36,829 nucleotides of DNA from a virus (IMGVR_UViG_3300044517_000015:1-36829), one strand, 5' to 3'; shown: positions 26,039 through 34,918, numbered from the stretch's first letter. Notes: generated by a model from the letters alone, not told the origin. Program-made: numbers and translations.

Positions 26039-28173
26039 GATGGCGCCTGTCCCATCGGGGGCGGAGTACCCGGCTGGCCGCCCCCGGGCTCGGTCTGCAT
26101 TCCCTGATCCTGCTCGGGGGGAGTAAATAAGTCCTTGAGCTGCGCGAGCACCTGCATACGGTTGGCCGGGTTCATCTGCTCGACCAGGCCCCGGATGATA
26201 TGTGTGCCCGACTGCGCCAGTCCCTTCTTTTCGATCTCCTGCATGGTGGCCTGGTGCTTGAGCGCGATCTGGTTGGTCTGCATGGCCTGCTCCGATTTCT
26301 GCTGTTGCCGCTTGCGGTCGTCGTCGGTCATCTTGACTATGAATTTCTGGGCCCCCGGCCAATCGGTTGAATCAAGCAAAGTCTGGATAAACTCCATCCA
26401 ATCCACCTTCATCTGCTGGGCATCGATCGCATCGAGCACCGGGGCTAGCTGCAAGAGCCCGACTATCTGCGGCGCGAGCTGCAACATGCCCATGCGCTGG
26501 CGCAGCTTCGAGCCCGCCAGCACCTCGAACTTGAGGCTCGCGTTCTTGAGCTGGAGGGGATCGAGATCGAGCTGGTCTTTCAGGTCCTCGCGCATATACG
26601 TCTCGATTTGATCAGCGGGCAGCCACTGCGCATTCATCTCATGCAACGCCTCGAGGAAGGGAACGAACATGAGCCCGGTGATTTGATCCATCCAATAGCC
26701 AATGCGGGCACCGAGCGCGCCGACTGCGGTACTAACGCCCGCACTGGTTCTTCCCAACTGACCACTCGAGGGTGCCGTTCCCTGAGTAACCAGTTGATTC
26801 GCGCCGGTTCTACGTTGCGCGCGCGAATCCGAAGCCTCGATCTCGGTAAAGGCATCGACAATAGCGGGAGGGTATTGAATCATCTGGATGCCCTTGGCAT
26901 CGTCCGTATCTACGATCCCGCCCGGTCTTAGTCGTAACTGCTGAGTCGGAGTATTAGAACCACGAGTGCGCAGAAAAGTACCAGACAAACGCAGAGCCAG
27001 ATCATCAAGCCTACTATTAATGACGCCCTGCTGGAGCCGCTGCTCGCCCGCTAATAACTGCGAGATGCCAAGACCGTACCAAGAATCAATAACATCAGCG
27101 AAGTTAATAGAAAGATAATTGATCTTGCCGAGAGGATTGGGCGCATTTTTGATTACCAGCTTCCGGTTAAGTACGGTTATGCACTTAGTATCAGTAACAT
27201 ACTCGACCATCTCGAGCGGTTGCTGATTGGGATCACGCGAGGGATCTTGCCAGCGAGGCTGGGCCTTGAACTCCATGTTAATATCGAGGCTTGAAATTCC
27301 TGTATTTAGTACGCTTGAAGTGGAGCGACCTTCTAACAAGGATCTTTCCGGCGACTCCCGTGGTGGCCGAAACAGCGACTCTAGAAAGTCTCTGGGTGGA
27401 ATTCGATAATCCGGTTGCTCCCGCAGATCTTCTAGATCTGTCAAATCCACATATCTGCGATCGCATACGTATCTTGCTTTCCTTATATCCGGCTGGCGAA
27501 GCTGGGGATCACACACCAGGAAGCGAATGTGGATGCGTTCAAACCAGGGTTCGTGATAGCTATATTCCTCGATCTTCTCTTGGATATCACGCGAGTGCCT
27601 GGTTGGAAGTAAGACGGTGGCATTGCCCACGGTGCGGGCTTCGGGCACATCAGCGTATGTGTATTTAATCCGCCGCTTGGTCTTCTGGCACCATCCGTAC
27701 TTCCATATGCCGGTGCCGTAGATCAAACTTTCCTTGATGCCCAGCCTCACCTGCTCCTCAAATCCGATCGCCTTCAACTGCGCGGCCATGAGGGCTCGCA
27801 CGGCGCGCGCAGTTTCGGGCGAGGTGTCGCCTTTGCCGATAACATCAAATGGCGGATTGTCGGCAAAGAGACTAGCCATGATCTGGGGCATGAGCGACTC
27901 GATATGCTCGAAGATCAGGGGAATTCCAAGCGACGCGCGGGGGACGCTCGAACCTTCCCAGAACGCCTGCGGCATTCTGAACAGGAATAAGCGGTCGCTG
28001 CGATCCCAGCTTACGGTCATGCCTTTCGCAAGCACATAGTACTCGGCCAGGTTCAGATCCTTGACCACCAGGCGCAGGGCGGCATCGTCGTCGGTTTCAG
28101 CCCCATAGTCTATGGGGATATCGAGAGGATCTAACTCCCTGCCCAGATCGTAAGGTTGGTATAAGACCGCCAT
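26035..28173 (-). CDS. portal protein
   Basis: 712 aa after TerL; LIYGTGIWKYGW, DP, WYGLGISQLL and L.PGG motifs, with a Q-rich C-terminus. Confidence 0.85.
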   Translation of the reverse strand: MAVLYQPYDLGRELDPLDIPIDYGAETDDDAALRLVVKDLNLAEYYVLAKGMTVSWDRSDRLFLFRMPQAFWEGSSVPRASLGIPLIFEHIESLMPQIMASLFADNPPFDVIGKGDTSPETARAVRALMAAQLKAIGFEEQVRLGIKESLIYGTGIWKYGWCQKTKRRIKYTYADVPEARTVGNATVLLPTRHSRDIQEKIEEYSYHEPWFERIHIRFLVCDPQLRQPDIRKARYVCDRRYVDLTDLEDLREQPDYRIPPRDFLESLFRPPRESPERSLLEGRSTSSVLNTGISSLDINMEFKAQPRWQDPSRDPNQQPLEMVEYVTDTKCITVLNRKLVIKNAPNPLGKINYLSINFADVIDSWYGLGISQLLAGEQRLQQGVINSRLDDLALRLSGTFLRTRGSNTPTQQLRLRPGGIVDTDDAKGIQMIQYPPAIVDAFTEIEASDSRAQRRTGANQLVTQGTAPSSGQLGRTSAGVSTAVGALGARIGYWMDQITGLMFVPFLEALHEMNAQWLPADQIETYMREDLKDQLDLDPLQLKNASLKFEVLAGSKLRQRMGMLQLAPQIVGLLQLAPVLDAIDAQQMKVDWMEFIQTLLDSTDWPGAQKFIVKMTDDDRKRQQQKSEQAMQTNQIALKHQATMQEIEKKGLAQSGTHIIRGLVEQMNPANRMQVLAQLKDLFTPPEQDQGMQTEPGGGQPGTPPPMGQAPS

Positions 28174-29975
28174 TATCCGACTATCCCAGCTCCTATTTCT
28201 CCGTCGCCATAGGTCTGTGCACCATGCACCAATACCGGCTCGGGGTCGGGCGCCAGTTCAGGGCGATACCCATGATTGCGGTAAAACGCCATAAGGGAGA
28301 CTGCACGGCAAATATCATCGTGGTGATACTTTGGAAATCGAGAGAACTCACGAAACAGCTCCTCTAAATCGGTGCAGCTCGCACAGAACCATAGCTTCGA
28401 CTGCTCGAGCAGCGGGCCCATGGCCATGATCTGCTGCATGGGCCGCATACCCCCATAGTGGACGGGTATCAAGTCAGTCGGGATATGCAGCCCAAACTCA
28501 CGCTGCTTCATCTCGAGTCCCGGCATCAACATGGTGGTCGCCTGGTCTTTCTCGATCCCCACCCGGCAGACCGGCCACTTGCGGTATGTCTCGATGATCT
28601 TGTTGATCACTTCATTAGGGCGGAAACGCCCGCGCACCAGGTCAACGATGAAGAGCGTCCCATTCGGCGAGTAACCGCCCAGAATGCCTGCCGAGAAATC
28701 GGAATGCTCGCGCGTCGAGTAGGCAAGATCCCACGCCATGAAGAGGTTCACGGTGGATGGGATATCCGAGCGCTCGATAATGTGGGTGCGCAACCTGGCC
28801 TGGGAGAATTGATCGGCAGCCATCGACTGCGGATCATTCATATATTGAGAGGCAAATAATTCGGGGTCGTCCCGCCAGATCTGCTCTAAGTTTTGCTTTT
28901 CCGCCGTGCGATCCTCATCAACGCAAAAGCGCTCAGGAAACAGGATCGCTTCAGCGCGAAACAGCGGCTTATCCGGCTCGCGCTCGATCGCGCCCTCGAC
29001 CATGACCTTCCAACCCTCGGGTTTTTCGATGATCCCGGCATAGAAACAATCGTAGGTATATAGCGTCCCGATCACATCCCGGTAGCCGCCGGGATTCAGC
29101 AGGGGCAGCGTTGTAGACCATTGCCGCTTGGTTTCAGCATTGAGGATCGCGGTCTTTGAGTTCTGTTCGGTGATCACGTCATCGAACTTCATCAGATCGT
29201 AGTGCGAACCGGCGCGAGTCTTTTTGAGTGTCGTGATGCTCAAGGTGGGCTCGCGCCGGATCTGGGCTCGGCAAGGGACGGTGAAATGTCCTTTCTCGCC
29301 AAAGCGCGCTATCTCTTTCATCGGGCACCACTGCGGATACATCTCGCGAAAATCCCCGTTCATCAGAAAATGCTGCTTCACCTCATCGACCATGCGCTCG
29401 GTGAGCTCCTCGGTTCCCGAGAAGAGAGCAATGGTGATATTCGGGATCGCGAGCATCCACTGAATGGTGTCGATCAAATTGATGGTGGTCTTGAAGTGGC
29501 CCCTCGGTAATAACAACAATCGGTTCTTGTCATAATCCTGGACAAGCCAGTCTTTGGTCGGATCTTTCTCGACAAAGAAATCGCACATCGGCTTATGCAG
29601 CCGCTCCACCAGGTCGGGATAGACGCGCGAAAAAACCGTCTGGGCCAGGAACCACAAATCCCGCTTCCCCCGTTCACCAGCCTCAGACGAAATAAGCGCC
29701 CGGGACTTAGTAGGCGCAAGCTCGCGGTTTTCGTACTTCTTGTGGCCAGGTTTCGGCACTCGCTGAAAGGCTTCGCCCCGCGCATTGACACCGAAGGCTT
29801 CCATGACCTCGGCCCTGGCTTTCTTAATCGCCTTGCGGGCGAGCTTGCGTTCCTCGGCGCGCACCTCGGCCTTGGCCGCCTTGATCTCGGGCGAGTCGGG
29901 CTTGCGGCCCGCTGGTAATCTTCCGTTAGCGATCGCTGACGCGATCGTGGCCTGCTTGGCTTCGTCCGAATCCAA
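28173..29975 (-). CDS. terL: terminase large subunit
   Basis: Walker A LLLLPRGHFKTT, Walker B GSHYDLMKFDD, VIGT coupling motif, QYMNDP, nuclease WDLA...DFSA and FPKYHHDD. Confidence 0.93.
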   Translation of the reverse strand: MDSDEAKQATIASAIANGRLPAGRKPDSPEIKAAKAEVRAEERKLARKAIKKARAEVMEAFGVNARGEAFQRVPKPGHKKYENRELAPTKSRALISSEAGERGKRDLWFLAQTVFSRVYPDLVERLHKPMCDFFVEKDPTKDWLVQDYDKNRLLLLPRGHFKTTINLIDTIQWMLAIPNITIALFSGTEELTERMVDEVKQHFLMNGDFREMYPQWCPMKEIARFGEKGHFTVPCRAQIRREPTLSITTLKKTRAGSHYDLMKFDDVITEQNSKTAILNAETKRQWSTTLPLLNPGGYRDVIGTLYTYDCFYAGIIEKPEGWKVMVEGAIEREPDKPLFRAEAILFPERFCVDEDRTAEKQNLEQIWRDDPELFASQYMNDPQSMAADQFSQARLRTHIIERSDIPSTVNLFMAWDLAYSTREHSDFSAGILGGYSPNGTLFIVDLVRGRFRPNEVINKIIETYRKWPVCRVGIEKDQATTMLMPGLEMKQREFGLHIPTDLIPVHYGGMRPMQQIMAMGPLLEQSKLWFCASCTDLEELFREFSRFPKYHHDDICRAVSLMAFYRNHGYRPELAPDPEPVLVHGAQTYGDGEIGAGIVG

Positions 29976-30198
29976 CTCGGTATGTCTCCTGAATGCGCTT
30001 GCCGTCGAGCTCTACCGCCATGGCCTGAAAGGTGTTCCTGATCCCGCCGCCGTGGGTGGCAGCCGGGTTGTCGATCGCAGGCGACTCCTCAAACATCTGC
30101 TCGCGGGTGCGGGAGATGATGGAGTTCTCTCGGGCTTCGGTAGAGGTGGGTGGTGCAGCCGGGAAAATGTGGATCTTATTTCCAGGGGCAATGGACAT
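29926..30198 (-). CDS. hypothetical protein
   Basis: AAGGAG RBS; 90 aa. Confidence 0.55.
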   Translation of the reverse strand: MSIAPGNKIHIFPAAPPTSTEARENSIISRTREQMFEESPAIDNPAATHGGGIRNTFQAMAVELDGKRIQETYRVGFGRSQAGHDRVSDR

Positions 30199-30236
30199 GG
30201 CTGTCTCCTTGACCCCTGAAAATTGGTGTTACGGAC

Positions 30237-30593
30237 TTAGCCGATTGTCGGAGGCTTTGGCCCGGGAATGTAACCGGCAGCCTGCGTCATGCGGCCTTTC
30301 TTGGCAACGATCGGGTTAGGCGCGCCCCGCACTTTCTCGGGGTGCACCGCAAAAACCGTCTTCGAACGCCCCAGCTGTTCGGCGGGGCGCCCGCTCTCGT
30401 TCAGCAGCTTGTCGACCGTCTGCCAGGGCGAGGTGAGCGAGAGCGGCTGAGCATGAGGATGCATGTAGCTCGGATTCGATTTGCCGGTCGGGCTCGGGAT
30501 CTTATAGGACTCGTTCACGCCATGCCCGTCGATATGGGAGACGCGCTGATGTCCCTGGACTTTCTTGTTCTCGGTATCCATGTCGCCATTCAT
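30237..30593 (-). CDS. hypothetical protein
   Basis: GAGG RBS; ATGA overlap. Confidence 0.55.
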   Translation of the reverse strand: MNGDMDTENKKVQGHQRVSHIDGHGVNESYKIPSPTGKSNPSYMHPHAQPLSLTSPWQTVDKLLNESGRPAEQLGRSKTVFAVHPEKVRGAPNPIVAKKGRMTQAAGYIPGPKPPTIG

Positions 30594-30778
30594 TTCAAAT
30601 CCTCGAGGTTTAACTTCGTGCCCGCAAACTCATCATCGAGAAAACCATAAACTTCTACCGGCTGCCCCGTCAATGGATCATCGGCCAGACCGATAAGCTT
30701 CGAATGTGAGCGGATGTTTCCCCGCTCCCACGCCTGGTACTCGGGATCACCATGATCTGATAAAGCCACCTGTCGCAC
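30590..30778 (-). CDS. hypothetical protein (start uncertain)
   Basis: Fills the operon gap; ATGA coupling to the next gene. Confidence 0.45.
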   Translation of the reverse strand: MRQVALSDHGDPEYQAWERGNIRSHSKLIGLADDPLTGQPVEVYGFLDDEFAGTKLNLEDLK

Positions 30779-31049
30779 CTCCCAGCCACATCTGCTGTCC
30801 CGGGCCGATATCTATACCCGGCGATCCGCCCTCAAATCCCCACTCGGGCTCGGGCCAGACATTCGCCGTCTCGCCGAGAGCCTGGGTATAAGCGTTGCCC
30901 TCGGCCAAGCTGATGCCGATTACCCAGGCGATCGGAATGGCGTTCGGGGTATCGACAATCCAGCCACCCTCGTTCTCGAGATACCAGGAGTAACTGCCGT
31001 CGAGGCCGATCTGCATCAAGTCTGCGGCTTGATTACCTGAAAAGCTCAA
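30747..31049 (-). CDS. hypothetical Trp/Gly-rich protein
   Basis: AAGGAG RBS before TTG. Confidence 0.55.
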   Translation of the reverse strand: MSFSGNQAADLMQIGLDGSYSWYLENEGGWIVDTPNAIPIAWVIGISLAEGNAYTQALGETANVWPEPEWGFEGGSPGIDIGPGQQMWLGGATGGFIRSW

Positions 31050-31356
31050 GTTTTACTCCTTTGCCAAATTCATTCAACCGCCTAGCTTCAGCGATAGCCT
31101 GGAAATACAGATTGGCCTTGAGGTTATCGACCGCTTCTTTGTTGTAGTAGATAACAGCCATATTCGCCAAGCCTCGCCCATAGAATGCATCCGGCTTCAT
31201 AACTCCCATTCGAATAGGCATCGCTTCCCAAAATGGTTTGTCTCGAATGACGATCTTCTTCGGGAAGCTCCATACCCGATTGAACGGGATGGCCTCTGCA
31301 AGCGCCACCCCTCCGACTGTAGCCGACAAGGCTTTTAAAAATCCCCTGCGATTCAT
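31033..31356 (-). CDS. Tat-signal-like small protein with a capsid N-terminus paralogous segment
   Basis: MNRRGFLK...ALA signal; C-terminal 41 aa align to major capsid residues 18-57. Confidence 0.75.
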   Translation of the reverse strand: MNRRGFLKALSATVGGVALAEAIPFNRVWSFPKKIVIRDKPFWEAMPIRMGVMKPDAFYGRGLANMAVIYYNKEAVDNLKANLYFQAIAEARRLNEFGKGVKLELFR

Positions 31357-31463
31357 TTCACGCTCGGCTGTTTATTCCGCCCACGAAACCAGTCAACGAT
31401 CACCCACAGGATCAGCATTAAGAGCGCGCCGATCCCGCCATCTTCCGGCCCAGTTAATGTCAT
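31353..31463 (-). CDS. small membrane peptide (36 aa)
   Basis: Read by hand: MTLTGPEDGGIGALLMLILWVIVDWFRGRNKQPSVK*; TAATG and ATGA overlaps on both sides. Confidence 0.55.
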   Translation of the reverse strand: MTLTGPEDGGIGALLMLILWVIVDWFRGRNKQPSVK

Positions 31464-31600
31464 TATCGCCCCCTCGGATCGTGTCGATCGAGCGCGTCCA
31501 GCCCTGACTTTACCGGCGTCCCTCGCCTCGCAGGGCGGGCGCGCTTCGACGGTTTAGGCTCCGACTTAGAGATTCGCATTGGTGGTTTTGCGGTTGCCAT
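31463..31600 (-). CDS. small basic peptide (45 aa)
   Basis: Read by hand: MATAKPPMRISKSEPKPSKRARPARRG...; TGATG and TAATG overlaps. Confidence 0.5.
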   Translation of the reverse strand: MATAKPPMRISKSEPKPSKRARPARRGTPVKSGLDALDRHDPRGR

Positions 31601-31956
31601 CAGAAACCCGCCTGTCCGGTGCTTACAACTAAGGGCGAACCTTCAGACACAGGTTCGCGGGCGGGGCCAGCAGGCGGCACCGTGCGCGTGGCTCTAGGTG
31701 AGGTACTCCGTCCCGCTACTCGGGCGCGTGGAGGGCCACCCACAGACATAGGGCGGTGACCACCGCCGCCAGCACCAGGAGTACGATAAATAGAACCAGG
31801 TTGTGATTGCTGAAGCATCGAAGCCGTACTCGTTCCCATGTAGCCCGGATTCGAGTGATAGTTGTGCGGATCACCCAGCAGATCCTCCCCCGGGTCGTAT
31901 GATGACACACCGCAGGGAGCGCAGTCGGGCCAGGGGGCATTTACGTATCCAGGCAT
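31600..31956 (-). CDS. hypothetical protein
   Basis: GAGGAGG RBS; 118 aa. Confidence 0.5.
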   Translation of the reverse strand: MPGYVNAPWPDCAPCGVSSYDPGEDLLGDPHNYHSNPGYMGTSTASMLQQSQPGSIYRTPGAGGGGHRPMSVGGPPRARVAGRSTSPRATRTVPPAGPAREPVSEGSPLVVSTGQAGF

Positions 31957-32147
31957 TTGGCCTCCTCTTTAGCGTCGATCACTTCCATCGCCCGAAACAC
32001 CTGCTTGAACTCCTCGAGCGCTTCTTCGTCCGTCAAGCCGGGATGATTTCGTTTCCAGTAGCGCGTGGCTTCGAACTTATGCAGACGGCAGGTCATGACG
32101 ATATCGTCGTCAAACTGCTCCAGCCATTCGACGTAGCCGGTGGTCAT
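31941..32147 (-). CDS. hypothetical protein
   Basis: ATGA overlap; acidic 68-aa protein. Confidence 0.55.
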   Translation of the reverse strand: MTTGYVEWLEQFDDDIVMTCRLHKFEATRYWKRNHPGLTDEEALEEFKQVFRAMEVIDAKEEAKCLDT

Positions 32148-32488
32148 CGCTTCCTCTTTTCGATCTGAACCTTATCCGCCACCTGGCGATTCAGATGCCG
32201 CTTGGCCACCTTCGAGAAACTCTCGTCCGTGGCTCCCGCCTCATAGGGATCGGGAAAAGGAGCAGGGGATATACGATCCGCGAAAGGAACCTTGGCGCGC
32301 CTGAGCTGCTCCTCATTCTCCAGTTCGACAACCTTGTAGCTGTCAATATCAGCGCCCTCACTCCAGCTCTGCGCACGTACAAACCAGAACCGGTTCTGAT
32401 CCGAGGCAGACTCACCCAGACCCAAAGGGCCAGGGTAATCATCGGGCATCCTTATGCTTTCGCGTCTTGCGCGCTTGATGTCGCTCAT
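32144..32488 (-). CDS. hypothetical protein
   Basis: GGAGG RBS; 114 aa. Confidence 0.6.
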   Translation of the reverse strand: MSDIKRARRESIRMPDDYPGPLGLGESASDQNRFWFVRAQSWSEGADIDSYKVVELENEEQLRRAKVPFADRISPAPFPDPYEAGATDESFSKVAKRHLNRQVADKVQIEKRKR

Positions 32489-32858
32489 TGTCTTCGTCCT
32501 CCTTCCACCAACTCTGGGCCCGTCTTGCCCGCTCGATCTGATGCATCCTCATGGCCTTCGCGTCCCGGTAAATCCAGCACAGATTGGCCAGCCAGTCATT
32601 ATCGCCGGGAGGTGAATGATCAGTCTTGAACTGATCACAGCCATCGGGACGATCATCGTCACCAAAGCAATTGGGATCAAAGGCGACTCTCGTCCATGGC
32701 TTCGGCCATGTCGGCAACGCCGTCCGGTCGAACATGGTCGCCTGAATCGCGATAAACATATTCTCGAATGGCCAACTGTAATCGTCGCCTTCCGGCCAAT
32801 CGGGAAAGAGGTTCGGGGGCGGCCACCTACTGTGATGGTGCATCCTGCGAATCCTCAT
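32439..32858 (-). CDS. hypothetical Trp/Pro/Asp-rich protein
   Basis: GGAG RBS before ATG 32858. Confidence 0.5.
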   Translation of the reverse strand: MRIRRMHHHSRWPPPNLFPDWPEGDDYSWPFENMFIAIQATMFDRTALPTWPKPWTRVAFDPNCFGDDDRPDGCDQFKTDHSPPGDNDWLANLCWIYRDAKAMRMHQIERARRAQSWWKEDEDNERHQARKTRKHKDAR

Positions 32859-33015
32859 GCTTCTCCGTCGTTCCGTAACCCGCCCGCGCATCGAACTGAT
32901 CCTCGAGGAATTCCTTGAACCAGTTCAACTGGTCGCGCACGAACATCTGCGGGCCCGAGCAGTCAAACTCATACGTCCCCACCTTCAGGCGCAAAGAGCA
33001 GAACACTACATTCAC
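32827..33015 (-). CDS. hypothetical protein
   Basis: GTGA overlap with the HNH stop; LRLKVGTYEFDCSG. Confidence 0.5.
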   Translation of the reverse strand: MNVVFCSLRLKVGTYEFDCSGPQMFVRDQLNWFKEFLEDQFDARAGYGTTEKHEDSQDAPSQ

Positions 33016-33320
33016 TCCGTTCTCTTCATCAAGCGGCGCAAACGTTGTCTTTGATACTCTCTTTCGCGGTGGCAGTTCGCGCATACGATCTCGCACTTAC
33101 TTATCTCCTGCAACAATTCTTCTTCGCTCATACGCCTGACCTCGGGGTCATGGCCGATGGTGATGCGCTTCGCGCCCCGCTCGGGATCGTGGTCGAAGTC
33201 GACCATCCAGACGGGGTAGAACACCGGTCTCCCCTCGCGATCGGAGCAGTCCACGCAAGGGTGCGTAGCCTTGTACAGCTTGATGTACTCGCGAGCTTTC
33301 GAGGTCGTCCAAGCCATCAC
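33012..33320 (-). CDS. HNH endonuclease-like protein
   Basis: CVDC...DFDH...EISKCEIVCANCHRER. Confidence 0.85.
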   Translation of the reverse strand: MMAWTTSKAREYIKLYKATHPCVDCSDREGRPVFYPVWMVDFDHDPERGAKRITIGHDPEVRRMSEEELLQEISKCEIVCANCHREREYQRQRLRRLMKRTE

Positions 33321-33322
33321 AT

Positions 33323-33531
33323 CCTGGTTGGCGGCTTAACGTTGCCGCCGAACGCTGGCACTGATTTTCTCCAGGCGCCACCACAGTTATCGATTGCGGC
33401 TCGCTCTCAACTGCAAGAGATTTACCTGGGGGAATAATTGATCAGGGAAGAACGGAGCCGAAGCTCTGTTCGCTGACAAGGCGAAGTATCCCTAATCTTC
33501 GCCACCCAGGCCCAGGCAAGTTTCACTTGCC
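33323..33531 (-). ncRNA. candidate structured RNA upstream of the HNH gene
   Basis: About seven stems in 210 nt, including a C(UUCG)G tetraloop on the minus strand. Confidence 0.4.
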
Positions 33532-33657
33532 CTTTCTACTCTTTCCCGCTTCCTTCATGGCGATCGCGACCGCCTGCTTCTGCGGGCGGCCCGTCGACTT
33601 CAGCTCCTTGATGTTCGAGGAAATCGCTTTCTGACTCGATCCTTTTTTCAGCGGCAA
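33523..33657 (-). CDS. small basic phage protein (44 aa)
   Basis: Read by hand: MPLKKGSSQKAISSNIKELKSTGRPQKQAVAIAMKEAGKSRKGK*; GGGAGGTG RBS. The QAVAIA motif is common near phage packaging genes. Confidence 0.75.
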   Translation of the reverse strand: MPLKKGSSQKAISSNIKELKSTGRPQKQAVAIAMKEAGKSRKGK

Positions 33658-33708
33658 AGCTGCACCTCCCGGTTCGCACATTGCAGAAAATCGCACCTGG
33701 CGAATAAG

Positions 33709-33840
33709 TCAATTCGTCCCCTCGCTCGGCGTATGACTGTAGTTACCGCCCGGGTTCGGTCGGGGCTTGCCCTTCTTTGCCGGCGGCCTCGCCACCGAGA
33801 GCCCTACTCTCGGTCGTTTGCTCGGGGCTTTTTTCGCCAT
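33709..33840 (-). CDS. small basic peptide (43 aa)
   Basis: GGAGG RBS; MAKKAPSKRPRVGL... Confidence 0.5.
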   Translation of the reverse strand: MAKKAPSKRPRVGLSVARPPAKKGKPRPNPGGNYSHTPSEGTN

Positions 33841-34045
33841 ATTCCTCCAACCACTTGGCTCTCTCCTGATGCCACTTGCTGTTCGCGTCATCAAAGAGAA
33901 CCGTGTTCAGTCCGAGTTCAACAGAGCGCAGGAGCTCCTCGGCCTTCCTGATCCCGGCCCTCAGCTCCAGATAAGCCTCATCATGCTTAATCATGCGATA
34001 GCGATCCTCGTCCCATTTAAGCAATGCCGTACTATCTTTCCCCAA
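33743..34045 (-). CDS. hypothetical protein, ELLR...WL paralog 3 (start uncertain)
   Basis: KAEELLRS...WHQERAKWLEEYG. Confidence 0.55.
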   Translation of the reverse strand: MGKDSTALLKWDEDRYRMIKHDEAYLELRAGIRKAEELLRSVELGLNTVLFDDANSKWHQERAKWLEEYGEKSPEQTTESRALGGEAAGKEGQAPTEPGR

Positions 34046-34140
34046 TAGACAACCAACTCGGGCCAGCGTAGTTTCAACTTACATCCAGGGCGCCTCTCTG
34101 GTGCCTTGACCGGGGCGCCCATTCCTCTGTATGGGACAGT

Positions 34141-34389
34141 TCAATGGCGCCCCGCATCCTTCAACCACTTTTCACGCTTCACATGCCAGTCCAGAAATTT
34201 GCTTATCGACTTGAAGTCGTCCTGTTTCAGGCGCAGCAACTCGGCGGCTTGCTCTATAAGTACTTTCTGGCGTTGAGCCAGACTTATGAGGTCATCGATG
34301 TCGCGAACGGCAGTGCGTAAATGTTCCCAGGATTCCTCCGCGAAAGCCTGCTTTTCTGCATCCAGCATTTCGCTCATTTTTAGGCTCAT
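34141..34389 (-). CDS. hypothetical protein, ELLR...WL paralog 2
   Basis: QAAELLRL...WHVKREKWLKDAG; ATGA overlap. Confidence 0.6.
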   Translation of the reverse strand: MSLKMSEMLDAEKQAFAEESWEHLRTAVRDIDDLISLAQRQKVLIEQAAELLRLKQDDFKSISKFLDWHVKREKWLKDAGRH

Positions 34390-34727
34390 TTCTCCAGCCT
34401 CGCATCCCGCAGCCACGCATCTGCGTCTTCCCTGAATCCCTGGTGGTATACGTGGAACTCTTCCATGATGGCACCGGCAGAGCGCAGCAGCTCGGCTGCC
34501 TCCGCTCTCTTAGCCAACAAGATCATAATCTTCTTGTGCTGAGCTTCGATGATTTCGCCCCGCTCACGAATAAGCTGATCCATGCGCTTGAGAATATCGA
34601 GGCGCAGCTCGCCCGGTTTGGCATAGGGCAGGGAAGCGAGGAACTTATCCACGTCCTCCAGCGCCGCCTGCCATTTCTCATAGTCCTTGAGCGTGTCGTC
34701 GCGAACTTCCCAGTTAAGCTCCATCAT
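34386..34727 (-). CDS. hypothetical protein, ELLR...WL paralog 1
   Basis: EAAELLRS...FREDADAWLRDAR; ATGA overlap. Confidence 0.6.
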   Translation of the reverse strand: MMELNWEVRDDTLKDYEKWQAALEDVDKFLASLPYAKPGELRLDILKRMDQLIRERGEIIEAQHKKIMILLAKRAEAAELLRSAGAIMEEFHVYHQGFREDADAWLRDARLEK

Positions 34728-34918
34728 TTGGCCTCGAAGAAGTCGCAACAGTACTCGTTGGCCGGGGCAGGGAGGACAGGCGACTTATTCCAGGCCACAA
34801 AGTCGGGCTGCGCACAGTCTCGCCTGTTGTTGCGCACGTACTCGCACTTAGCGCAGGAACTTCCGCCCCGGGGCACCACCATTCCCACTTTGTGATCGGC
34901 AGGATAAGACAGCCGCAT
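34724..34918 (-). CDS. small Cys-rich protein
   Basis: CAKC...C...CCDFF; stop coupled to the next gene. Confidence 0.6.
   Translation of the reverse strand: MRLSYPADHKVGMVVPRGGSSCAKCEYVRNNRRDCAQPDFVAWNKSPVLPAPANEYCCDFFEAK

Noticed and set aside
7251-30891. Numerous plus-strand ORFs across the structural module
   Set aside because: Antisense shadows of GC-rich minus-strand genes, without RBS or motifs.
33012-33531. Group I intron or IscB/omega-RNA system
   Set aside because: No recognisable P7 core, no interrupted host gene, and the protein lacks RuvC and PLMP regions.
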